Positions 38,575 through 52,012 of a stretch of 64,000 nt of DNA are shown in pieces. The notes under the pieces were generated by a model. It did no database searches. It saw only the letters and a program-made list of their open reading frames with translations, and was not told the origin of the DNA. The position numbers and the translations under genes were made by a program. The stretch's first letter is position 1, and each line of letters begins with the position of its first letter. The DNA lies in NCBI GenBank assembly GCA_951406725.2, contig OX597819.1, positions 61,256,001 to 61,320,000 on the forward strand, given 5' to 3'. Source of the DNA: Octopus vulgaris. Lineage: Eukaryota.

Positions 38575-39130
38575 GAGTGAGAGAGCAGTGCATACCATCA
38601 AAGTGATACTGGGGTAAAATATGCGAAACCCAGTATACCCATCATGACTACCCGTCTAATAAGGGTACAACAGGCACATGCATCACAACCATATATGAGC
38701 GACATGGTGATCTCATATCAAGATAAACAGCACATGACCTTGCAGGTGGGGCCCAGTTAGAATTTTCTTCTGGTCGAGTAACTCATCCCGCTCAAAAGGT
38801 CCCTGAATAAGGGTTGTTTAAGGATGTTGAACGAAACACCCATGTTTCCAGAGGTGATTTATTCAAACCCCGAAGAATCCTTCTCAACACATGGCTATGA
38901 TGCTCCCCCACTACTTCTGCTGGTGATCAGAGATGCAGATATCGTCAGCCACTAAGGGACATGCTCAACTGGCTCAGGTCAAACAACTGACAAGCAAAAT
39001 CTGTGGTATTGAGCAGAATATTTGCTGTAGCCCATCTTTTATACCAAGACAAAACAATGTACATGATAACACTTCCAACCAGTTAAAATCAGCAGCCATG
39101 AGAGCCACTGCCTGGTACTGCATCAGGGCA
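38574..39130 (-). mobile_element. Element F, copy 3 (apparently full length)
   Basis: (TTA)n-TGAGTGAGAGAGCAG...GCCACTGCCTGGTACTGCATCAGGGCA-(TTC)n(TTA)n. Confidence 0.92.
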
Positions 39131-39164
39131 TTTCTTCTTCTTCTTCTTCTTATTATTATTATTA

Positions 39165-39375
39165 GATGATGAGCTAGCAGAGTCTTTAACACGCCAAGCA
39201 AAATGCTTAGTGATATTTCGTCCGTCTTTACGTTCTGAGTTCAAATTCCGCAGAGGTCGACTTTGCCTTTCATCCTTTCGGGGTCGATAAATTAAGTACT
39301 AGTTGCGCACTGGGGTCGATCTAACTGACTGGCCTTCTACCCTAAATTTCAGGCCTCGTGCCTATAGTAGGAAGG

Positions 39376-39419
<44 letters not shown>

Positions 39420-39600
39420 GTGCTAACAAAAGCTTTAATATGCCAGGCAAAATGCCAAGTGACATTTCGTTCGTCTTTGCATCCTGAGTTTAAATTCCGC
39501 CGGGATCGACTTGCCATTCATTGCTTTTGGGTCGATAAAATAAAAGTACAGGGGTCGATGTAATCAGCTAGACCCCTCCTCCAAAATTCCAGGCCTAAGT
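39165..39600 (+). mobile_element. Two SINE A copies separated by (ATT)n
   Basis: Family A core; the first ends AGTAGGAAGG(ATT)n. Confidence 0.83.
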
Positions 39601-39837
39601 CCCTAAGCTGAGTTTTTGTACAAGCACATATGCCACGTGTTGAATCCATTCTCTGTAATCTATTGTAATTCTATGAGCTTGTAGTGGGAATATATAGTCA
39701 GTACAAGGTGTTGATGTGGATGTGTGTATATTATTACAAGAGTTCATAAAGAGATGAAGAATAAGTTCAAGACCCATATATTTACTGCATAAAAATATTT
39801 TTTATTTAATTTTCCATGATGATACATAGAATCAAAA

Positions 39838-40173
39838 TGTTGAATGTAGTTGAATGAAGTAATCTATGCAAGGAAGTTCAGAGATGGAAAATGTAGAAAT
39901 AACAGCTAAGTGGTGATTTTTAGTCATGTGGCGTAGAGAAATAGACGAGCATATCAATGACGTGAATGGCTCTAAGTCTAATCGATTAAGAAGCGAAGAG
40001 CAGAGTTAGCAAGCTGTTTTTATTAATTGAACGCTAGACATTCTAGAAACTTCCGAGAGAAACGCTAAGTTTCTGGAATAATTAAGAATCATGTCTCATA
40101 ACACAGATGCTTCGAGAAACTTAGAAAAGGGAGGTTACTCTATAATCTTTCTTGCAAGGGAGATCATTCAACT
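39838..40173 (-). mobile_element. Possible solo LTR
   Basis: Begins TGTTGAATG and ends CATTCAAC(T); AATAAA on the minus strand near 40020; no clear target duplication. Confidence 0.35.
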
Positions 40174-41089
40174 ATTTAGCTACGTAGACAACTACAAGCT
40201 AATGAAAAAGCCCCTATGTGGTATCCTGAATTGCTAAAAAGTGACCGCCATATTTCACTTATATAATACCTTAAAATCTCAAAATGGAAGAACACACTGG
40301 ATAATGTAGTCCTGGATATAAAGTAGTTGAAAATAAAGGTCAGGATATTTAGAACTGCAACACCTTCATGTGTATGATCTATCAATACTGGCGGGATCAC
40401 TGGACTAAACCAAAAAGAACTGGTATAACAGTTCTTTAAAACCGTTGCCTTTTTAGATACAGGCTTCAAATAAGACTATAAAACTGCCCATAACATGAAC
40501 TCACAGTCCTAAATACGTTAAAAATAATCCTACTTCTTTTGGTACTAGTGATCTTTTAGACCAGTTTAGTGCAGGAACGAGAGATAGAGTTGGCCATCTG
40601 CCAAGTTGTTCAGCTATTTTGTTGTGAGTAATCTAATTTGTAAATTACAAAACAAAGATTTACATTTTTTCTCTTTAATAAATTCAACACTATTGCATAT
40701 GATAATGATTGATCTATAATAATTATTGTTTAAGGCTGTTTCTGCTGTTCCCAGCAGTTTTGTTGCTGCCAATAACTTCAAAATTGGAAATATCTTCAAT
40801 CATCTAAACCATAATTATCTACAAGTACTTTCTTAGCTTATACATCTTTCTCCCCCCCCCGTTCTCTCTCTCTCTCTCTATCTCTCTGTATATATATATT
40901 TATGAATGGGCGGGGGATGAAGTAAATACATGTTGAGATTTTCGATTATAAATAAACATTAAATTCGATCATTTACGAATACGAACTAGGATGAAAAAAA
41001 TATGAACACCGCCACCAGCAGGAATTGAACCACGCTTATGTTGTAATCCAAGCAACCGTGCCAACCATTACACACCTTATATTGGTTTC

Positions 41090-41846
41090 AAATTTTGGCA
41101 CAAGGCCAGCAAGTTCGGAGGAGGTGGTAAGTCGATTGCATCGACCCCAATATGCAACTGGTACTCATTGTATCGACCTCGAAACGATGACAGGCAAAGT
41201 TGACCTCGGTGAAATTTGAACTCAGAACGTAAAAACGGACAAAATGCCGCTAAGCATTTTTAGCCAGCGTGCTAACGATTTTGTCAGTTCGACGCCTAAT
41301 AGTAGTGATTTCAAACTTTGGCACAAGGCCAGCAAACTCAAGGGAAGGGGTAAGTATGAAAGACAAAGTCGATCTCGGCGGAATTTCAACTCAGAATGTA
41401 AAGACAACGAACAAAGTGCCGCAAAGTATTTTGTCTGGCACGCTAGCGATTCTGCCAGCTTTTTGCCTTCGTTGTAAAGCAACATATTCTTTTCTACTCT
41501 AGGTGCAAGGCCCGAAATTTTGGGGGAGAGGGCTAGTCGATTAGATTGACTCCAGTACGCAACTGGTACTTTATTTATTGACCCCGGACGGCAGGCGAAA
41601 TACCTATTTCTATTTCTTTACTACCCACAAGGGGCTAAACACAGAGAGGACAAACAAGGACAGACAAACGAATTACGTCGATTATATCGACCCCAGTGCG
41701 TAACTGGTACTTATTTAATCGACCCCGAAAGGATGAAAGGCAAAGTCGACCTCGGCGGAATTTGAACTCAGAAGGTAGTGGCAAACGAAATACCGCTAAG
41801 CATCTCGCCCGGCGCTGCTAACGTTTCTGCCAGCTCGCCGCCGCCT
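41090..41846 (-). mobile_element. SINE A cluster; composite 41489-41846 flanked by a 17-bp target duplication
   Basis: TTGTAAAGCAACATATT at 41472-41488 and 41847-41863. Confidence 0.9.
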
Positions 41847-42774
41847 TTGTAAAGCAACATATTAAAGCGAATACAGACCGTTGCATGTATTTCTTCTGTC
41901 GTATAAGAGCTATTTATGGTAAGTTAACGATCAAATATGATAGAATTGCTATTAGATTTATCAAGGCAGAAGTCCACTGAAAAGAAATTATTAGATAAGC
42001 TACGTTATTTGAACTATAAGCTACCATAGTTTATTTAATTCTTGGTTGTTTAATGTAATATAGTTTTTTTTTATGTGACACTTCTAAAACAAAATTCTGT
42101 CACAATAGTATTTTCCTCTCGCAGTCACCATCAGAATGTTTCGTCAAAATAGAATAATCGCTTTGTACTTTAAACACGTGTAACTGAAAAATTTGATCAT
42201 ATCACTTTATAACATTTCGTCTACAACAGTAAGGAGAAAAGAAAGAAATAAAGAAAGAAAGAAACTTGCATTCAGCTTGTTTTACTTATGATGTTTATCT
42301 GCAGAAATTGTTACCGGAAGTTAGTTCCATGATGACTGACATATCGGAAATTGAAATTTAGAAACAGTTTTACAACTATTTTAGATGCATTTTACTTTAA
42401 TACAGAGGAAAACATGTGTCAGATATGATCATAATTACCATTAATTAAATTTTTTTTTTAAATTCTCAAACACTGCGACAATTTCAGGAAATATTGCACT
42501 TTATTTAGTCCTCTTTTTTTCCCGTTTTTTCGATGCTTCACAGAAAAGTACATTGAAATTGCGTACGACCACGTTTAAAACAAAAATAGAAATCTAAAAT
42601 AAATTGTATTTGACAACGAAATGCATATAATTTTTTATGGATGTCGACGACCTAAAAATAATGGTTTCCTAAACCACACACTATATCGAGATGAGTTCGT
42701 TTATTTGGCAGCGAGTCCATGAAACCAGAACTAGAATTACTCAACTAACGATGGTGATGATGATTCTGGCAGCT

Positions 42775-43288
42775 TCAAATTTTGGCACAAGGCCAGTAAG
42801 TTCTGGGAAAGGGTTAAGTCACTTACATCGACCCCAGGGCTCAAGTGGTACTTTTATTTTATCGACCCCAAAATGATGAAAGGAAAAGTCGAACTCGGTG
42901 GCATTCGGATTCAGAACGTTAAGGGGGAGGGGAGCCGGTAAACATTTTAACCGGCATGCGAACGATTCCGCGGGCTCGCCGCCTTCGTTAATACTACTGC
43001 TACTACTGCTACTACTATTATTACTACTACTACTACTACTACTACTAATAATAATAATAATAATAATAATGATCCTTTCTACTATAGGCACAAGGCCTGA
43101 CATTTTGGGGGAGGGGGACAAGTCGACTACATCGACCCCATTACGAAACTGGAACTAATTTATCGACCCCGAAAGGATGAAAAGCAAAGTTGACCTCGGT
43201 GGAATTTGAACTCAGAACGTATAGACGGACGAAATACCCCTTAGCATTTTGTCCGGCGTGCTAATGATTTTGCCAGCTCACCGCCTTA
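42775..43288 (-). mobile_element. Two SINE A copies separated by (CTA)n(ATA)n
   Basis: Family A head and core on the minus strand. Confidence 0.87.
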
Positions 43289-43341
43289 ATAATAATAACA
43301 ATAATAATAATAATAATGATGATGATGATGATGATAATAAC

Positions 43342-43880
43342 TGCTCTGATGCGGTACCAGACAGTGGCTCTCATGGCTTCTGATTTTAACTAATTAGAAG
43401 TGTTATCATGTACATTGTTTTGTCTTGGTATAAAAGATGGGTTACAGCAAATATTCTACTCAATACCACAGACTTGCTTGTCAGTGGTTTGACCGTAACC
43501 AGTTGACCTTAGTGGTTGACGATATGTGCATCTCCGATCACCAGCAGAAGTAGTGGGGTGAGCATTACAGCTGTGTGTTGAAAGGAATTCTTAGAGGTTT
43601 GGACAATTCACATTTGGAAACATGGGTGTTTTGTCCAAAATCCTTAAACAATCCTTATTCAGGGACCTTTTGAGCGGGATGAGCTACTCGACCAGAAGAA
43701 AATTCTAACTGGGCCCCACCTGCAAGGTCATGTGCTGTTTATCTTGATATGGGATCACCATGTTGCGCACATATAGTTGTGATGCATGTGCCTGGTGTAC
43801 CCTTATCAGACGGGTAGTCATGATGGGCATCGTATATTTTACCCGTGTCACTTTGATGGCATGCACTGCTCGCTCACTCA
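43342..43880 (+). mobile_element. Element F, copy 4 (near full length)
   Basis: (AAT/GAT)n-TGCTCTGATGCGGTACCAG...CTCGCTCACTCA-(GAT)n(AAT)n. Confidence 0.92.
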
Positions 43881-43889
43881 GTGATGATG

Positions 43890-43923
<34 letters not shown>

Positions 43924-43924
<1 letters not shown>

Positions 43925-44140
43925 CCTTTTATACTATAGGTGCAAGGCCTGAAATTTGTGGGGGTGGGGTTAATTCGATTACATCAACCCCAGTGCGTAA
44001 CTGGTACTTAATTTATCGACCCTGAAAGGATGAAAGGCAAAGTCGACCTCGGTAGAATTTGAACTCAGAACGTAGCGACGGGCGAAATGCCGCTAAGCAT
44101 TTCATCCAACCTGCTAACGATTTTGCCAGCTCACCGCCTT
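43924..44140 (-). mobile_element. SINE family A within an (AAT)n array
   Basis: Full head, core and tail-1; trinucleotide runs on both sides. Confidence 0.9.
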
Positions 44141-44165
44141 AATAATAATAATAATAATAATAATG

Positions 44166-44214
<49 letters not shown>

Positions 44215-45481
44215 GAAGAAGAAGAAGAAGAAGAAGAAGGAAAATGATGATTTCAAATTTTAGCCCAGTGGTCTCTATAACATAAAACTCAGATCTTAGG
44301 TTATGTATTAAATACGTAATGAAAAAACCCCGCAAGACTTACATAACATAGAGGATATGATGTTATTCAAACTTGCTTACACATTGCGTAGAGCAACTTT
44401 AATAAATATTTCGTCTTTTGTATTTGGTCCTCAAGATACTTGATGTGAACTCGTGTGTCGAAGCATATCTTATTGTATCTTGGAAGGGTCATTATGCCAA
44501 TAATAAATACATGTACTGGTTGTGTTTCACTTTATTATTTATCTTCCAATTGGTTAACTATTTAGCCAACAAACTAATCGACTGTCTGATTAATCGTTCG
44601 GTCAATCAATAATTCAATCAATCAATCTATCTATCTATCTATCATTCAATTAGTTAAGTTTGTCAAAGTCCTTTTGTGCCATTTACTGCCTCATCAATGA
44701 CATGTCTTCTCTACCTGCTTAACTCAAAACAGAAAACATAAGCCATTCAGTATCTCTCACCGGAAATCGAAACCAGGTCCCGTATACGACATTCTGCAAG
44801 ATTGCTCTCATTCGATCCATACCTTGTTACTATTAGCTCAGAGATTTTACCAAAGCGTCGCCTAATCCCGAGGTATTAGCGTCGTGGAGCATCTAGTTCG
44901 GCGTTCCTTGTTCTCTCATAGGAACGGAAAGTACTTTCGGTGATTGAACTCATTTTCCTAAGCGGCTTATGAAGTATAAATTTAAACGGTAAATAATATT
45001 TGAAATCATTCGCTTTCGTATGCGTAAATGCCTGAGAATAACGATAACACATTAATAAATGAGGCAAGTTTGGCAATGAAATAACCAGGTTATCGTTGGC
45101 TGAAAGAAACGCTATTTTTTCCAGCTCGCCATCGATCGAGCAAGGTGTGGAGGCAGTTAAGAGATTTTCTTTCTTTTGTTCATTTATAAATTCCAATGAA
45201 GCGCATCATGTCGGCGTGTTTAGATTAAAACTTATTAAATATAGTAATATTTATACTTCAATTATTTCTCCGCTATGCTCACATTATCTCGTTTTGATTT
45301 CTGCTTGTTTGTTTGTTTGTTTCTCTCTCTCTGTCGCTGTATGTCTCTCTCTCTAACACACACACACACACACGGTAAAACATGCATACATACATTGTGT
45401 TAATCTATAGAAAAAATGAAATTTGTATGTGAATACAAATTACTACATACGCATATACACATTAACTACAAAAGCATTATT

Positions 45482-45566
<85 letters not shown>

Positions 45567-45657
45567 GTGTATTAGATAGGAAGATATAGATACAGATATA
45601 TATGTGCATATATGTATATATGTATACATATGTATGTGTGTGTATATATTTATATAC

Positions 45658-45705
<48 letters not shown>

Positions 45706-46209
45706 TATGTGTGGTTGTACATGAAAAAATACATTAAAGTACTCAATTTGAAATTACAAGGTAGTGTGTTGGGCCAAGTACAGACAGACAAACGGACACG
45801 CGCGCGCGCACACACACACAAACACACACACACACATAAATATATAATTGCAACATCGATTTTTCTGAACCTTTGGTTTCAAAACCATTTCAAATTACTG
45901 ATTTTTCCGAACCTAGGGTGGCCACCTCAAATTAAACAAATATTAAATTTCCTTAAATTAAATGAAATTCAGGTACCTGTGAATTAGTATAATTGATACG
46001 AGTTAATATTATACTGTACAATGTACTGCGAATCAGGGCCGCCTGGTAAACCAGTCTGGCAGCTGCTGAAATTTGAAGTTCCTGTTCGTAAATTGGTGTG
46101 GATTACAAGAGGTTCCGGATTATTTGCGCCAGGGAAGTTGTTGCAGGACATATATTATACACTCACACACAGAGAAACGCACGCACACACACACACACAC
46201 ACACACACA

Positions 46210-46244
<35 letters not shown>

Positions 46245-46799
46245 GCTTCATGTGTGTGTATGTGCGTGAATGAGTGTATCTATGCATCACTGTGTTTGTG
46301 CTCGTTTCATTTGTTTACAATCCGGTCTCTAGCGTTTCGACAAACAGGGATGGCTAGAATGAATTACAAACTTATTAATAAGTACTGGGATCGATCTGAA
46401 CGACTGAACTTTTCAATTGCGGCCACACTTGTGAAAATGGAAAATTCGAAATAATTCCTTATTTTCAAAATGAACAAAGGTGACTACGGAAGAGAAAAAA
46501 AACAATACTCCATAGGAATTCTAAATCCGAAACTAAACCAGAAATAATCAACGTCGCTATCAAAAGCAACTTTCTCTATACAGACGACCCAATAACATGT
46601 GTGTCTGAAAGGCTGTAAATAGCGAAAGCGCTTACTCACAATAAGGAGACTTCCTTCCACAAGGTTTGTGGTATTCTGTTCTCTTTCAAGATTTTTTTTT
46701 ATATAATTAATATTTAATTAAAGAAATTTTTTCAAGCACATACATACATATATATATATACTTTAAATTTGACTGCGACCATGCTGGAGCATATATATA

Positions 46800-47330
46800 G
46801 TTCAAATTAACAGAAAATAAAAGACGAGAACAAGTGTAGGAACAACAAGCAGGCGTATTAGTTTAAAGCTCGGGAAAAATGCAAAAGTCTTCGTGCTTAC
46901 GCTGTTCGACAGAATGGATTGAGAAGAACGTACGAAGTTCATAGGGTCAGAAACTTCAAAAGTCGCCACACACACACACACGCACACACACACGCGCGCG
47001 CGCACACATACATATATTCAAATTAAAAATAAGAAAATGGAATTATAGCATTTAATAAAGAATTATTATCAGCAAAAATCAAACACAGTACCTTATGGCT
47101 GTTTCAATTAAGTCTAATAACTGCCAATTAAGACCAATAACATACACACGTACGCACACACACAGTTCAAATTTATAGAAAACAAAAGAAAGATCTGGGA
47201 ACAACAAACGTGTATTAATTTAACGCTCGGGAAAAATGCAGAAGTCTTTTACGTTTCGTGCCTATGCTCTTCGTAAGGAAGGATTGAGGAGAACGTCTAA
47301 ATTTCAATAATTCAGAAAGTTTACAAATCG
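46800..47330 (-). mobile_element. Two diverged tandem Penelope-like pseudo-LTR units with decayed hammerhead motifs
   Basis: 46800-46965 and 47165-47330 are diverged direct repeats; the second reads CTTACGA-A-GAGCATAGGCAC-GAAACGTA on the minus strand. Confidence 0.55.
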
Positions 47331-47357
47331 TGACACACACACACATACGCACACACT

Positions 47358-47393
<36 letters not shown>

Positions 47394-47531
47394 TATATAT
47401 ATGTATATATGCATGTATGTATGTATCTATCTATATATACATTTATTCACATATATATATATATATATATATATGTGAATAAATGTATATATAGATAGAT
47501 ACATACATACATGCATATATACATATATATA

Positions 47532-47571
<40 letters not shown>

Positions 47572-47636
47572 TGTGTATGCGTGTGTGCGTATGTGTGTGT
47601 GTGTCACGATTTGTAAACTTTCTGAATTATTGAAAT
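47301..47636. repeat. 336-bp near-perfect palindrome centred on (TA)n
   Basis: ATTTCAATAATTCAGAAAGTTTACAAATCGTGAC...(TA)n...GTCACGATTTGTAAACTTTCTGAATTATTGAAAT. Confidence 0.95.
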
Positions 47637-48168
47637 ATATATATATATATATATATATACACATCAAATCACACACACACACACTTATTACAAGAGTGTT
47701 AATAGAGTTTAGCTAGAATATTGTACAACACTACAATCGAATAAATCAATAGATTTTAGCGAACATTGTATAGACATATGCACACAAATTATCATTAAAC
47801 ACTACATCTCCGATAACAGAATGAAAAAAAAATGGATCAACCAGTCTAGCTTTTATCCTGTGTTGGGTTATTGTTAATGACTGAGTTCCTTCTTTAACTA
47901 TCCAAACACACTATCACTAAAGTGTCAAGTAATTCTGCTAGACCGATTTGCATATATTACGCTATTTGAACCAGTTAATTCGAATTATAACTTACTGGTG
48001 CGTTAACTGTTTAGTTTCGATGTTATATATACTGCACGGAAAAATATATCGATTTTGGCCAATACTTATTTACATACATACATACGTACATACATACATA
48101 CATATATGTACACATACATATATGTACACATACATATATGTACACATACATATATGTACACATACATA

Positions 48169-48224
<56 letters not shown>

Positions 48225-48312
48225 TACACACATATATATACATATATACACACACATATATATACATATATACACACGTATATATATATATATATATGTA
48301 TGCATATATATG

Positions 48313-48347
<35 letters not shown>

Positions 48348-48519
48348 ACATATATATATATGTGTGTACATATATATATATATATATTGGCCTGCTCGCT
48401 TAGCCAGCGGGGTGGCATCATTTAAGGGTTAAAACAATGCGAAGCGCATTGTGACCAGCGATGTGTAGCAACATCTGATAGCCTGGTCGGTCACGGTGAT
48501 TATGGTGATATATATATAT

Positions 48520-48830
48520 CGCTCAGTGGTTAGAGCTACGGGCTTACGACCGTGAAGTTGTGAGTTCGAATCTCGGACCGGACTGCGTGTTGTGTTCTTG
48601 AGCAAGACACTTTATTTCACGTTGCTCCAGATCACTCAGCTGTAGAAATGAGTTGACGTCACTGGTGCAAAGCTGTATGGGCCCCTTTGCCTTTCCCTTG
48701 GATAGCATCGGTGGCGTGGAGAGAGGAGGCCGGTATGCATGGGTGACCGCTGGCTTTCCATAAACAAACTTGCTCGGAGGGTAACTTTCTAGGTACAATT
48801 CCATGGTCATTCGTGACCGAAGTGGGTCTC
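48520..48830 (+). mobile_element. SINE family C
   Basis: Colinear with 31666-31992. Confidence 0.88.
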
Positions 48831-48839
48831 CAATACATA

Positions 48840-49265
48840 TTTATCTTTTGCACGTTTCAGTCATTAGACAGCAGCCATGCTGGTGCAGTACATTGAAAAA
48901 AAAATTATGAATTTATCCCAGGACCTTTTGTTCTTAGGCCTGGTACTTATTCTATCGGTTTGTTTTTGCCGAACCACTAGTGTTACGAGGACGTCAACAA
49001 ACCTACGCTGGTTATCAAGAGGTGGTGGGAGACAAACGTAGACAAAAGTCACGTACGTGCGCACACAGACACACACACACGAACATACACACATACACAC
49101 ACATACACACGACCGGCTTCTTTCAGTTTCTACGAAATCCCCTCACAAGATTTGGTCGGCCAAACGCTATTGTAACAGATTTGAACAAAGTGCCACGCAA
49201 TGGAAATGAACCTGGTACCATGCGATTAAGAAGCGAGCTTTTTACCACAGAGCCTCGCTTGCGTC
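48840..49265 (-). mobile_element. SINE family B, diverged
   Basis: Reverse complement of the family B pattern. Confidence 0.8.
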
Positions 49266-49268
49266 CAT

Positions 49269-49351
<83 letters not shown>

Positions 49352-49516
49352 CACACACACATATATATATAAACATATATATATATATACATACATATAT
49401 ATATTTTGACCATATCTCATGGAATAAAACGGCGGGCATTTTGAACTGCCCATGGTGCATACGTGCATATATATGTAGGTATACGTTCGTATATGTAAGT
49501 ATTCGTATGTTGTATT

Positions 49517-49551
<35 letters not shown>

Positions 49552-49915
49552 ATTTATGTTTATCTTCTGTATGTATTCTACTAACTAGGCAAAGCATTCA
49601 TAAATGCAAAGTCAGAAATCCGGATCTAGAATTATACAGTAATTTTTTTACTAGTTTCATCTTGTCTATTTGTTTTTTCTCCGTGTTGATATATGGACAA
49701 TTTAGGTGGTTTTAAAGTCAGATCATGGCTGCTATTTTCAGCATGGTGGTATCTCGTAGATACCCTAATTTATAATTTTAATAATTATTACCTTTGAAGG
49801 ATATTTCTTCCATGCTGACCACTTGATAAAATCGCTATTTTATTTTTAAATTAACGATCTTATCCTTATTTATATAAATTTATATATATACATACACAAA
49901 CACACACACACACAC

Positions 49916-49989
<74 letters not shown>

Positions 49990-50532
49990 AACGGAAGTTT
50001 ATATTTGCTGCTGATAAGTTGACGCGATGTCGGTAGATTTTGAATATTTAGAGTATATATTCCCAAGGCATCGATGCTGTTGCCTCGTGGAATATTTATT
50101 CCTCCTGGCTTCTTTGCCGATGAGAAGGGCCAGTGGTAAATTGACTTGATTAAATTTAATTTAATTTAATTAGGCTGGTTTACCAAAAAGTACGTCGAAA
50201 CAAAGATGATTAAGTTACATGTTTTTAATTTTCCTTTGAATTCTGAATTACTACTATTTAGCGGTTTGAGTTTAGCTGCTCGTTTTAGTGAGTTGAATGG
50301 CCTATTAAGGTCATTCCTTAATATTATTGTTGAATGTATATTATATAGTCTGTTGACTATTTTTTCTTTCTCACTAGACCGCTGGTGGCGAAAAAAAATT
50401 CTATTGAATTTTTTGCTACCCTTATATTGATTAATTAAAGATATATATATAAATATATATATATGTATATATACCTATGTATAAAATATGTATATATTTA
50501 TACACACACACACACACCTATATATATATATA

Positions 50533-50569
<37 letters not shown>

Positions 50570-50770
50570 AAATAGGTGCTGATAATTGATATCTCTGCTC
50601 TGTAGTGTGTATGAATAAAGGGATGATTGCTTGTTACTACTGAATCCAATCAGCCGCGTGCAATTCAGATTTGTTATTTCCGGGCTGTACTTGTTAATTA
50701 GTATATCTTCTTTTATCCTTAAGTTTCCAAACTTCTCTTTCTCTCTCTTTTTCTCCCTTTCTCTCTATCT

Positions 50771-50927
50771 AGTGTGGTTGTCTGATGAGAAGTTTGTTTC
50801 TCAACCGCGTAACACCGGCTTTAGTCCCAGTGCGTAGTACCTTGGGCAAATGCCTTCTACCATAGCCTCGGGCTGATGAAAGCCTTGTGAGTGGATTTGC
50901 CAGACGGAAATTGAAAGAAACCCGTCG

Positions 50928-50960
<33 letters not shown>

Positions 50961-51175
50961 GCGCGCGCGTGTGCCTGTCCTTCCCCTCTTGTGCTTGATA
51001 ACCAGTGTTGGTTTGTTCACTTCCCCGTTAGCTACCGGTTCACCAAAAATGACGGATACGATAAGTACTAGGCTTTAAAAAAAGAACTGGGGTCGATTCC
51101 TTTGACTAAAACTTCTTCATGAGCGTGTCCCAGTATGGCCGTAGTCTACTGACAAAAACAAGTCAAAGATAAAAG
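50771..51175 (+). mobile_element. SINE family B, diverged
   Basis: ACCTTGGGCAAATGCCTTCTACCATAGCCTCGGG core, internal (TA)n, family tail. Confidence 0.83.
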
Positions 51176-51183
51176 ACGCGCGC

Positions 51184-51252
<69 letters not shown>

Positions 51253-51329
51253 TGCGTATGTGTGTTTGTGGTTGTGTATAGACAGATAGAGAGAGAAAGA
51301 GAATGAGAGAGGAGAAAGTGAGAGAGAAA

Positions 51330-51365
<36 letters not shown>

Positions 51366-51454
51366 AAAGAGACAAACGGATAGATATTCAGATAAATACT
51401 ATCTTTATAAGTTAAAAGTATCAAATTTGTTTTTCATTGTTTCATACGCGCTAT

Positions 51455-51682
51455 TTATTTCTTTATTTCTTTATTGCCCACAAGGTGCTAAACACAGAGG
51501 GGACAAACAAAGGGATTAAGTCGATTGCATTGACCCCAGTGCGTAACTGGTACTTATTTAATCGACCCCGAAAGGATGAGAGGTAAAGTTGACCTCAGCG
51601 AAATTTGAACTCAGAACGAAGCAACAGACGAAATGCCGCTAAGCATTTCACCCGGCGTACTAATGCTTCTGCCAGCTCGCCT
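51455..51682 (-). mobile_element. SINE A, tail-2 variant with (AAAGAAAT)n end
   Basis: Family A head and core with the tail-2 sequence. Confidence 0.88.
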
Positions 51683-51837
51683 TATATATATATATATATA
51701 TTTCATATACACTATTGAAATACACACACACACACACACATACACAAACAACATGTTTGTATTAGGTATGTATATATGTATAAATGTACGTATGTATGTG
51801 TAGCAAGAAAGAGTTACAGAGACATAGTTAAACAGAC

Positions 51838-51934
<97 letters not shown>

Positions 51935-51935
51935 C

Positions 51936-51972
<37 letters not shown>

Positions 51973-51978
51973 CATACA

Positions 51979-52012
<34 letters not shown>

